Notes under the pieces: model-generated
Databases searched by the model: none
Told to the model about the DNA's origin: nothing
What the model saw: the letters and a program-made list of their open reading frames with translations, nothing else
NCBI GenBank assembly: GCA_963808435.1
Contig: CAWEFW010000049.1
Span: 3,707 to 67,706 of the forward strand
Direction: 5' to 3'
From: an uncultured Actinomycetota bacterium
GTDB taxonomy: Bacteria > Actinomycetota > Actinomycetes > Propionibacteriales > Propionibacteriaceae
DNA: 64,000 bases
Shown here: positions 41,114 to 49,524 of the stretch, piece after piece
Layout: every line of letters starts with the position of its first letter
Numbering within the stretch: the first letter of the stretch is position 1
Program-made: the position numbers and the translations under genes

Positions 41114-44100
41114 TCAGCCGGCCACCAGCTGGCGGATCTCTTCGGCGGTCAGTGCCGCTCCGGACAGGGCCTCGTCGTCGAAAATCGACCCGAAAAGCTC
41201 CTGCTTGGCCGTCTTGAGCGCCATCACCTTCTCTTCGATGGTGCCCTTCGCGACCAGTCTATAGACCATCAATGACTTCGTCTGGCCAATTCGGTGCGCC
41301 CGGTCGACGGCCTGGGCTTCGGTCGCCGGGTTCCACCACGGGTCCAGCAGGAAGCAGTACCCGGCCTCGCTCAGGTTGAGCCCGAACCCACCGGCCTTGA
41401 GGCTGATCAAGAACACCGAGGCCTCGCCGCCGCGGAAGCGCTCGACGACCTGGTCCCGGTTCCGGGTGTGTCCGTCGAGATACGCGTAGGTCACGCCGGC
41501 CTCCTCGAGCCGGGTGCGGATCCGGCCGAGGAAGCTGGTGAACTGGCTGAACACCAGCGCCTGGTGGCCCTCCCGGACGATCTCGGCCAGGTCGCCGAGC
41601 AGCACCTCGACCTTGGCGGCCGGGACGCTGGAGTTGGCTTCGTCCAGCAATGCCGCGTCGAGGCTCAGCCGACGCAGCAGGGTCAGCGAGCGCAGCACCG
41701 TGAACCGGTTGGCGTCCAGGTCCTCGATCAGCCCGAGCACCTTCTGCCGCTCCCGTTGCAGGTGGGTCTGGTAGAGCCGCTGGTGGCGCGGGTGCAGCTC
41801 GACCTCGACCACTTGCTCCTGCTTGGGCGGCAGCTCAGCGGCCACGGCGTCCTTGGTCCGGCGGAGCAGGACCGGCCGGATCCGCCGCCGGAGCTGGGCC
41901 AGCCGGGCGGCGTCCCGGTTCCGCTCGATCGGCCGGCGGAAGTACTCCGCGAACCGGTCCGCCGAGGGGAACAGGCCGGGCGCGGTGATCGAGAGCAGCG
42001 CCCACAGGTCCATCAGGCTGTTCTCGAGCGGGGTGCCGGTGATCGCCAGCTTGAACGGGGCCCGCACCCGACGAGCGCACGCGTAGGTCTTCGCCCGATG
42101 GTTCTTGACGAACTGCGCCTCGTCCAGCACCAGCCCGGACCAGGCCAGCTCGGCCAGCTGGTCGCACTCGATCCGTAGCAGGGCGTAGGAGGTGACCACC
42201 AGGTCGGCGCCGGCGACGACCTCGTCGACCGGTCGCCCGCGCTTGCCGGTTGATTCGGTCAGCGAGACCGTCCGGAGCCCGGGGGCGAACCGGTTCGCCT
42301 CAGCCGTCCAGTTGGAGACCACGCTGGTCGGGGCGACGACCAGGAACGGTGGAGCGTCCGGCTCCGTCTCGCGAGCCCGGGCGACCAACGCCAGGGTCTG
42401 CAGCGTCTTACCCAGACCCATGTCGTCGGCCAGGATCCCGCCGAGCTGGTGGGTCCACAGGAAGTCAAGCCAGCGCAGGCCGTCCAGCTGGTAGGGCCGC
42501 AGCTGCGCCTGCAGCCCGGCCGGCGGATGAACCGGCTCGACCACGGTGGTGCCGGCCAGCCGACGGACGGCCGCGTTCCACTGCACCGACTCGTCGATCT
42601 CGGCGCCGAGAGCCGCCAGGTCCTCCCACAGGCTGGTCTGGAAGCGGTTGATCGACAGCTCTGGGTGCGGCCGGTCGACCAAGGCCTGGGACTCGGTGAT
42701 CAGCTCCCGCAACGCGGTGAACTCCGGCCTCTCCAGGTCGAAGTACACCCCGGTCTCCAGGACCAGGTACTCCTCACCCGAGGCGAGGGCGACGAACAGC
42801 TCGTCGAACGGCACCTCCTCGCCGTCGATCGTCACGCGGACCTGCAGGTCGAACCAGTCGGTGACCCGGGGTCGGGGGGTGGCGGCGACCCGGATCTGTG
42901 GTTCGGCGGTGGTCTGGCGGTAGTCGACCACAGCACCCGACAGCACGACGTCCACCCCCCGCGCGGCCAGCTCCGGTACCTGGTGCTCGACGAACCGCAG
43001 GGCCTCGCGGCCGGCCAGATCGGTCGGGACCTCCGCATTCGGCAGACCCAGTCCGGCCACTAGGTCCTGCTCGGCGGCCAGGTCACGGACGCTCCGCCCG
43101 ACGGGCGGCTCGTCCAGGGCGAACGACATGGGGCCTTCCGCTGCGGCGTACCGGACGGTCCAGTCCAGGCGTACGCGGTGGTCGGGCAAGAAGGACACCG
43201 TGAGAGCCAGCGTCGGCCGGACAGCGTCGGGCATCCGGACCGACCCGTCGATGGACGTCAGCGGCACGTGCTGACGCAGGGATGGCGCGAACTCCGCCCA
43301 GAAGCGAGGCTCGTCGGCCTCGGGAACCGCTACCGAGCGCTCCTCCACCAGCAGGTGCCGCAGCTCGCGGCTGAGCAGCGTCTCCAGCCGGGCCAGGCAG
43401 ATCTCCTCCGTGCCGTCCGCGCCGGGCTGCAGCCAGAACACGCCGTGAGCGGGCTCGCCGACCACCCCGAGGGCGCCGGCGGGCAGCGGCCGGCCCTCGA
43501 CCAAGACCCGCGGACGCAGCTCGAGGCCGCCGCCGTCGGCCCGCTGAGCGTCCAGCTGGACCTGCGCCCGGCTCGCCGTCCGTACGGGACCGCTCAAGGG
43601 CGAGGCGGTGATCAGCGCCAGGCCGGCCGCGGCCGCCTGGTCGAGCAGCCCCCAGAACCCGCTGCCCACCGAGCTGAGCGACAGCCAGGCGCTCCGCGGC
43701 AAGGTGTAGCGAGCACTCGAGCCGGCCGCCGCCCTGAACTGCAGCAGCAGCTCACGGTGCTCGGGGACGTAGGAACGGGCGACGAAGTCCAGGTCGTCCC
43801 AGCCGATCCCGCTGCGGACCCAGTGGCCCCCCTTCCCCCGCCGGACGGGCCGGATCCGCAGGTCCTGTCGGCCGGCGTAGCCGCGGAACGCCGGGATCCG
43901 CTCGACCCCGAACTCGCAGGCCAAGGGGGCGATCTCCACCTGCGTCGGCGCCGGCCCGGCGACCAGCTTGTCCAGGGTCTTCTCCCAGGCCGGGCGCTCG
44001 TGCGCCGGTGCGGTCGCCAGGTGGCGGGCCACGATGAGTACGGCGGCCGCGTGCTTGCAGTCGACCACCACGGGGCAGGTGCACTGGCTGCGGTACGCCG

Positions 44101-44320
44101 TGACCGTGCCGGAGCGGGAGCTGGCCAGGTACACGCGAACCGCGTAGTCGTCGCGGTACGTGCCCTTGACCCGGCCGCTGACCACCAGGTTCTGCTCGTC
44201 CAGCTCGACGTCGTGCACGTGGCCACCGCGGGCCGCGACCAGGGCGCGGGCGAAGGCCTCGTGGCCGACCATCTGGGTGATCGCCTCGTTGCTGAGCAGC
44301 GAGGTCCAGGCGGCGGCCAC
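41114..44320 (-). CDS. SWIM zinc-finger SNF2-family helicase
   Basis: SWIM 'CTCPVVVDCKH', 'LRPYQLDG', 'LADDMGLGKT', 'DEAQ', 'TGTPLEN', 'SLKAGGFGLNL', 'QAVDRAHRIGQ'; exact start uncertain. Confidence 0.95.
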   Translation of the reverse strand: MAAAWTSLLSNEAITQMVGHEAFARALVAARGGHVHDVELDEQNLVVSGRVKGTYRDDYAVRVYLASSRSGTVTAYRSQCTCPVVVDCKHAAAVLIVARHLATAPAHERPAWEKTLDKLVAGPAPTQVEIAPLACEFGVERIPAFRGYAGRQDLRIRPVRRGKGGHWVRSGIGWDDLDFVARSYVPEHRELLLQFRAAAGSSARYTLPRSAWLSLSSVGSGFWGLLDQAAAAGLALITASPLSGPVRTASRAQVQLDAQRADGGGLELRPRVLVEGRPLPAGALGVVGEPAHGVFWLQPGADGTEEICLARLETLLSRELRHLLVEERSVAVPEADEPRFWAEFAPSLRQHVPLTSIDGSVRMPDAVRPTLALTVSFLPDHRVRLDWTVRYAAAEGPMSFALDEPPVGRSVRDLAAEQDLVAGLGLPNAEVPTDLAGREALRFVEHQVPELAARGVDVVLSGAVVDYRQTTAEPQIRVAATPRPRVTDWFDLQVRVTIDGEEVPFDELFVALASGEEYLVLETGVYFDLERPEFTALRELITESQALVDRPHPELSINRFQTSLWEDLAALGAEIDESVQWNAAVRRLAGTTVVEPVHPPAGLQAQLRPYQLDGLRWLDFLWTHQLGGILADDMGLGKTLQTLALVARARETEPDAPPFLVVAPTSVVSNWTAEANRFAPGLRTVSLTESTGKRGRPVDEVVAGADLVVTSYALLRIECDQLAELAWSGLVLDEAQFVKNHRAKTYACARRVRAPFKLAITGTPLENSLMDLWALLSITAPGLFPSADRFAEYFRRPIERNRDAARLAQLRRRIRPVLLRRTKDAVAAELPPKQEQVVEVELHPRHQRLYQTHLQRERQKVLGLIEDLDANRFTVLRSLTLLRRLSLDAALLDEANSSVPAAKVEVLLGDLAEIVREGHQALVFSQFTSFLGRIRTRLEEAGVTYAYLDGHTRNRDQVVERFRGGEASVFLISLKAGGFGLNLSEAGYCFLLDPWWNPATEAQAVDRAHRIGQTKSLMVYRLVAKGTIEEKVMALKTAKQELFGSIFDDEALSGAALTAEEIRQLVAG

Positions 44321-44514
44321 GTCTTCGACCCTAGTTGCCGGTTCCGACGGATTTGGTCGGCTGGCCTCTTCGCGCTGTCGCGCTCTACCCTCGCCAACAC
44401 ACGAAGCCTGACCCCATGCGCAGCTCACCCACCCCAGTGGACCGATCGGGCGGAGTGTAAAAGTAGGGATGACCGGGTCACGACGGCGCGGTCTCACTAC
44501 TCAACGGAGGATCG

Positions 44515-44820
44515 ATGAGCGAACCAACGTACGGATCCAGCGACGGGCTCGAGGACCTCGAAGGTCCGGCGGACGGCGGCGCCGAGGGTGTACCGGGTGT
44601 GCAGGATGGCGGGGCCGACGGGGGCGCGGACGGCGGGGCCGATGGCGGGGCCGACGGGGGCGCGGACGGCGGGGCCGACGGTGGGGCCGACGGGGGCGCG
44701 GACAGCGGCGCCGAGGGTCCGGCCGACGGCGGAGCAGGCGGCGTGACGGGCGTACGGGATGGCGGCGCTGACGGCGGGGCCGACGGCGGCGCGGACACCG
44801 GCGCGGGACGGTTCAGCTGA
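44515..44820 (+). CDS. Asp/Gly-rich (DGGA)n repeat peptide, 101 aa; candidate precursor or substrate
   Basis: GGAGG RBS before ATG; repeats vary mainly at synonymous codon positions; directly upstream of the JmjC gene. Confidence 0.8.
   Translation: MSEPTYGSSDGLEDLEGPADGGAEGVPGVQDGGADGGADGGADGGADGGADGGADGGADGGADSGAEGPADGGAGGVTGVRDGGADGGADGGADTGAGRFS
44605..44712 (+). repeat. 12-bp coding tandem repeat (8x DGGA + DSGA)
   Basis: GAY-GGN-GGS-GCS units from 44605; a second shorter array (3x DGGA + DTGA) at 44758-44805. Confidence 0.9.
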
Positions 44821-44858
44821 CCACGACCGCATCAAGCAGGTCCGCGAAGGTCGACGGA

Positions 44859-46073
44859 GTGTCCGGGCCAGGTCCCGGGCACTCCGTGCTTTCGCGTCTG
44901 GTCAGCGTGGACCCGGAGCGGTTCGCCACCGAGTTCTGGGGTCGCCAGGCGCTGCTGTCGACCGCGGCTGAGCTGAGCGGCTCACCAGCCGACCTGCTGA
45001 CCGCCGAGGCGGTCGACGAGCTGGTCTCCGAACGCGGGCTGCGCACCCCGTTCCTCCGGGTGGCCAAGAGCGGCAGCACCCTGGCCGAGGGCAGCTTCAC
45101 CGCTCCCGGAGGAGTCGGGGCCGGCGTCGCCGACCAGGTCAGCGACGACAAGCTGGTCCGGTTGTTCGCCGACGGCGCGACGATGGTGCTGCAGGGGCTG
45201 CACCGAGTCTGGCCGCCCGTCATCGCATTCAGCCAGCGGCTGGCGGCCGAGCTGAACCACCCCGTGCAGGCCAATGCGTACGTGACCCCGCCGCAGAACC
45301 AGGGTTTCAGCGACCACTACGACGTGCACGACGTGTTCGTGCTGCAGGTCGCCGGCGAGAAGCGCTGGTCGATCCACGCTCCGGTGCTCGACGCACCCTT
45401 GCGAAGCCAGCCGTGGACCGACCGGCGGCGCGCGGTGGAGCAGCAGGCGCAACTGCCGCCGCTGATCGAAGCGGTGTTGCGGCCGGGCGACTGCCTCTAC
45501 CTGCCCCGGGGGTTCCTGCATGCCGCCGTCGCGCTGGGCGGCGTGAGCACCCACCTGACCATCGGAGTGCACTCCTGGACCCGGTACGCGGTGGCCGAGC
45601 AGCTGCTCGACCAGGCCCTGCGGACGGTCGGGAACGACCCCGCCCTGCGGCAGTCCCTGCCGCTCGGAGTTCGCTTCGACGACCCCGTCACCTTCGCCGA
45701 GGATATGGAAGCGGCGCGCACGGCGCTGGTGGCCGCACTGCAACGCGCAGACCTCGAGCAGGTTGCGCGGACCCTGCAGAGCGCGGCCCGGGACACCTCA
45801 CGGGCGGCGCCGGTCGGACCCCTGGCCCAGCTGGCGGCCGCCGACACCCTCGCCGTCGAGACGCCCGTGCGACTCCGGGAGCATCTGGCCGCCGCGCTCG
45901 AGGCGACCGGGTCCAGTAGCGTGCTGCGCAGCCGGGCCGGCACCGTGGCGCTGCGCGAGGAGGACGTCGCCCCGGTCAAGGCTCTGCTGGCCGACGGCCG
46001 GCTGACCGCGGGCGACCTGGGACTGGATCTGGCCCGGCGGCTGCTGTTGGCCGGAGTGGCCGTGGCCGGTTGA
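44859..46073 (+). CDS. JmjC/cupin Fe(II)/2-oxoglutarate hydroxylase (NO66/MINA53/RoxA-like)
   Basis: 'ANAYVTPP..QGF..HYDVHDVFVLQVAGEKRW...L.PGDCLYLPRGFLH...STHLTIG' with HxD...H triad; frame is open back to CTG 44817. Confidence 0.92.
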   Translation: MSGPGPGHSVLSRLVSVDPERFATEFWGRQALLSTAAELSGSPADLLTAEAVDELVSERGLRTPFLRVAKSGSTLAEGSFTAPGGVGAGVADQVSDDKLVRLFADGATMVLQGLHRVWPPVIAFSQRLAAELNHPVQANAYVTPPQNQGFSDHYDVHDVFVLQVAGEKRWSIHAPVLDAPLRSQPWTDRRRAVEQQAQLPPLIEAVLRPGDCLYLPRGFLHAAVALGGVSTHLTIGVHSWTRYAVAEQLLDQALRTVGNDPALRQSLPLGVRFDDPVTFAEDMEAARTALVAALQRADLEQVARTLQSAARDTSRAAPVGPLAQLAAADTLAVETPVRLREHLAAALEATGSSSVLRSRAGTVALREEDVAPVKALLADGRLTAGDLGLDLARRLLLAGVAVAG

Positions 46074-46990
46074 GCGAGGCTCCGGCTGCCTTCCGGTGTG
46101 CGACGGCCGCACGCGGTCGGGCCGACCCGATGGCGGGCTCCGCACCCCAGGCCCGGGGCTGGCTGTTGTTGGAGCACCCCGGTCCCTGGCCGGTCGATGC
46201 CGTAGCCGGGTCCGGGATCGAGCCGCGGATCCTCCAGACCCTGCAGAACGCGGCGGCGGCCGCGGGCGCTCGCATCCTCCTGGTCCGTCGGCCGGGTCGT
46301 CCTGAGCGCGATGCGGGGCGGCGCTGGGCGGTGGTTCGTCCCGGTCTGGCTACGGTCGCGGCGCCGTGGCGGGAGGACACGGATCTGCGGGCCGCGGCGG
46401 CAGCCCTGGCGGGCGCGCCGGCCACCGACGCCCGGACCGCGAATGCGGCTGACGCTCTCATCCTGGTATGTGCGCACGGGGTGCACGACGCCTGCTGCGC
46501 CATCCGCGGTCGCCCGGCCGCGGCGGCCCTGGCCGAGCACTTCCCTGGCCAGGTGTGGGAATGCAGCCATGTCGGCGGCGACCGGTTCGCGCCCAACGTG
46601 GTGCTGCTCCCCGACGGTTTCTACTACGGCAACCTGGACCCCGAGTCGGCGGTCCGCGCCGTGCGGGAGCACCTGGCCGGCGCGGTGGACGCACGGTGGT
46701 TACGGGGCATGGCCAGCGTTCCGCCGCCTGTGCAGGCCGCAGCGGTGGCCGCGTACGAACGCCTTTGGCCTCTGCCGCCGGGAGCGGTGTCGGTGGAGCA
46801 GGTGCAACAGGTCGGCCCGCACGATGGCCACGGCTCCGAGACCACCGTTCGACTGCGCACCGCCGCCGCCACTCGGGTGCAGGTCCAGGTCGTCGCGGTC
46901 CGCCGCTCGGCCGCCCAGCTGACCTGCCGCGCAGCGCGGGAGACCCCGGCCACCGCGTACGAGATCGTGTCGTTCGCGGTGCTGACCTGA
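46070..46990 (+). CDS. Sucrase/ferredoxin-like thioredoxin-fold protein (Apd1/Aim32-like)
   Basis: 'WLLLEHPGPW', 'LVCAHGVHDACC', 'WECSHVGGDRFA'; TTGA overlap with the JmjC gene. Confidence 0.88.
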   Translation: MSEAPAAFRCATAARGRADPMAGSAPQARGWLLLEHPGPWPVDAVAGSGIEPRILQTLQNAAAAAGARILLVRRPGRPERDAGRRWAVVRPGLATVAAPWREDTDLRAAAAALAGAPATDARTANAADALILVCAHGVHDACCAIRGRPAAAALAEHFPGQVWECSHVGGDRFAPNVVLLPDGFYYGNLDPESAVRAVREHLAGAVDARWLRGMASVPPPVQAAAVAAYERLWPLPPGAVSVEQVQQVGPHDGHGSETTVRLRTAAATRVQVQVVAVRRSAAQLTCRAARETPATAYEIVSFAVLT

Positions 46991-46996
46991 GATCCG

Positions 46997-48160
46997 CTAC
47001 AGGGTGACGCGCAGGATCTTGTCGTCGTCACGGCCGGGGTCGACCCGACCGTCGGTGTTGCTCGTGGTGACCCAGAGCGCGCCGTCGGGAGCGACGGCCA
47101 CCGTGCGGATCCGGCCGTGGTCCTCGGCGAAGTACCCCTTGGGCTCGCCCGCGTCGTCGCCGGACAACGGCACGGCGAACAGGCACTGGCCGCGCAGGGC
47201 GCCGACGAAGGCGGTGCTCCGCGTGATGGCCAGACCGGCCGGGGAGCAGGTGTCGGTCGGCGACCAGGTGGCCTTCGGAGAGACGAATCGCGAGGCGCGG
47301 GAGGTGCCCTCCACCTCGGGCCAGCCATAGTTCTTGCCACGGGTGATCAGGTTCAGCTCGTCGGTGTCCTGCTCACCGAACTCCGTGGCCCACAGCCGGT
47401 TCTGGGCGTCCAGCGCCAGTCCCTCGACGTTGCGGTGACCGTAGCTCCAGGTGCGGTTGCCGAACGGGTTGCCCGGGGCCGCGCGGCCGTCGGGCCGGAC
47501 TCGGAGGATCTTCCCGGCCAGTGAGTCCCGGTCCTGAGCCAGCTCCGACTGTTCCGCGTCGCCGGTGGAGACGTACAGCAGACCATCGGTGGCGAAGCGG
47601 AGCCCGCCGCCGTTGTGGTGGACGCTGGTCGGGATGCCGGTGAGCAGAGGGTTGGGCCGGCCCACCTTGCCTCCGGCCAAGCTCAACCGGACCACCCGGT
47701 TGTCGTTCGCGGTCGACATGTACGCGAACAGGGTCTCCTCGTCACCGGGGGCGAAGGCGATGCCGAGTAGCCCACCCTCCCCGAAGTCGGCCGGTGCAGC
47801 GACCCCAGTCACCTCGCCGATGGTGCGCACCTTGCCCTGCGCGGTCACCCGCCGGATCCGGCCGGTGTTGCGCTCGCTCAGCAGCGCGTCGCCGGAGGCC
47901 AGGAACACGATTCCCCACGGCACGTCGAGGTTGTCGGCCACAGTGCCGGCCAGCCGCGGTCGGGGCGGGCCGGTCGGTGTCGGAGTGGCGCTCGGCGTCG
48001 GGCTCGGGCTGGCGCTGCTCGGCGACGCCGCGGCGTTGGACGGCGCGCTGCTCGACGGCGTCGGCGCCGAAGGGCCGGACTCGGTGTCGTCCGCACAGCC
48101 GGCCAGCGCGCCGACCGCCGCGCCAGCGGTCACTGCCAGGAAGTGACGTCGCGAGACCAT
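46997..48160 (-). CDS. PQQ-dependent sugar dehydrogenase-like lipoprotein (Tat)
   Basis: 'SRRHFL' twin-arginine motif, lipobox 'LAGC', 'GEGGLLGIA', 'HNGGGLRF', 'SYGHRNVEG'. Confidence 0.92.
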   Translation of the reverse strand: MVSRRHFLAVTAGAAVGALAGCADDTESGPSAPTPSSSAPSNAAASPSSASPSPTPSATPTPTGPPRPRLAGTVADNLDVPWGIVFLASGDALLSERNTGRIRRVTAQGKVRTIGEVTGVAAPADFGEGGLLGIAFAPGDEETLFAYMSTANDNRVVRLSLAGGKVGRPNPLLTGIPTSVHHNGGGLRFATDGLLYVSTGDAEQSELAQDRDSLAGKILRVRPDGRAAPGNPFGNRTWSYGHRNVEGLALDAQNRLWATEFGEQDTDELNLITRGKNYGWPEVEGTSRASRFVSPKATWSPTDTCSPAGLAITRSTAFVGALRGQCLFAVPLSGDDAGEPKGYFAEDHGRIRTVAVAPDGALWVTTSNTDGRVDPGRDDDKILRVTL

Positions 48161-48215
48161 GCTCCGATTGTGACGTGGCACCGTAGGGCGACGGGTCACG
48201 GTCTAGATTGACGCG

Positions 48216-48932
48216 GTGACGCGCATCCTGGTCGTCCAGCACGAGGCCGACGCCGGGATCGGGTTGGTCGGCGAACGGATGCAGGAGCTCGGGGTCGACA
48301 TGGCCGTGGTCGGGCCGGAGACCGGACGCGAGGTACCGCGTTCGGCCGAGGGCTACGACGGCGTCGTCGTCCTGGGGGGCAGCCCAAGCCCGACTGACAC
48401 GACGCAGCCAGGTTCTGCGAACGTGCAGGCGCTGCTACGTGACTGCCTGGACCGGGAGGTCCCGCTGCTCGGGATCTGCCTGGGTGCCCAGCTGCTCGGC
48501 CTGGCCGCGGGCGGACGGACCGACCTCGTACGCGGGGGCCCGGAGATCGGCATCGGAGTGCTCCGGCGGACGCCGGCCGCGACCGACGACCCACTGCTCG
48601 GTGACGTGCCGGAGACCCTGCGGTCGCTGCAGTGGCACTCCTATGAGGTGCGCGATCTGCCGCCCGGGTCCGAGGCCCTGGTCAGCAGCGACCGCTGCAC
48701 CAACCAGGCATTCCGGGTCGGCCCACACGCCTGGGCGCTGCAGTTCCATCTCGAGGCGCTCGGCGATACGCCGGCGGCCTGGGCCCCGGGCCACGACGAC
48801 GAGCTGGCGCACGCGGGCCTGGCCGCCGCCGATCTGACCGCCGCAATGTTCGCGGCCGAGCCCGAGCTGCGCGCGACCTGGGCGCCGGTCGCGGACCGCT
48901 GGCTGCGGATCGTCTCCGAGCACCGCGGCTGA
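48216..48932 (+). CDS. Type 1 glutamine amidotransferase-like protein
   Basis: 'PLLGICLGAQLL' nucleophile elbow, 'LQWH', 'LQFHLE'. Confidence 0.9.
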   Translation: MTRILVVQHEADAGIGLVGERMQELGVDMAVVGPETGREVPRSAEGYDGVVVLGGSPSPTDTTQPGSANVQALLRDCLDREVPLLGICLGAQLLGLAAGGRTDLVRGGPEIGIGVLRRTPAATDDPLLGDVPETLRSLQWHSYEVRDLPPGSEALVSSDRCTNQAFRVGPHAWALQFHLEALGDTPAAWAPGHDDELAHAGLAAADLTAAMFAAEPELRATWAPVADRWLRIVSEHRG

Positions 48933-48988
48933 AACGCTCGATCACCGCCAGGCAGCTGTACTTCTACGTGGTCGGTGACGTTCTCGGC

Positions 48989-49432
48989 TCAGCGGAGAGC
49001 AGGGGCGGTCAGCTCCTCCAGCGTCAACGTCGTGACCAGCGGATCCGCGTGCCGGTGAACGAGCAACCAGTCGGAACCCTCGCGCCGATAGACCTGGGTG
49101 ACCCGCAGCGACAGGTCCTGGTCGGGTTGACCCCCGACGCGGCCGTGCTGCCGTTCGATCATGCTCAGGACGACGGTGTCGCCCCAGGTGTGCGCCGCCA
49201 CATGCTCGAGTGTCGCCTCACCGTCGGAGAAGGAGCTCGTCCACGTCGACAGCTCCCCGGCCCGGTCGTCGTGCTGCCTCGCCGGCCCGCCGTCAGGCGC
49301 CAGGAGCGTGAAGCCGCGGGCGTGGTGGACCAGATCGAGGTAGCGGCCCAGGTCTCCGCGCACCCAGGCATCAGCGGCCTGCTCGGTGCGCGCGAGGAAC
49401 TCGTTCAGGTCCTCTCCAGTTCTGCGATCCAT
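48989..49432 (-). CDS. NTF2/SnoaL-like (DUF4440) protein
   Basis: 'LRVTQVYRREGSDWLLVHRHADP'. Confidence 0.8.
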   Translation of the reverse strand: MDRRTGEDLNEFLARTEQAADAWVRGDLGRYLDLVHHARGFTLLAPDGGPARQHDDRAGELSTWTSSFSDGEATLEHVAAHTWGDTVVLSMIERQHGRVGGQPDQDLSLRVTQVYRREGSDWLLVHRHADPLVTTLTLEELTAPALR

Positions 49433-49524
49433 CCGAGCATTGTCGCCCTACGCAGTTCGGTGTGGCGCCGAGAGGGGTCGGCAGGCCAGTGGCTGGCCTG
49501 CCGACCCCTCTCGTCCAGAGCTTG

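Noticed and set aside
44478-44798. Minus-strand (SAPP)n ORF
   Set aside because: Antisense reading of the DGGA peptide. The + strand has the RBS and operon context, although the reverse frame cannot be formally excluded.
44605-44805. Possible CRISPR array
   Set aside because: Units are contiguous 12-bp in-frame coding repeats with no unique spacers, and no cas genes are in the window.
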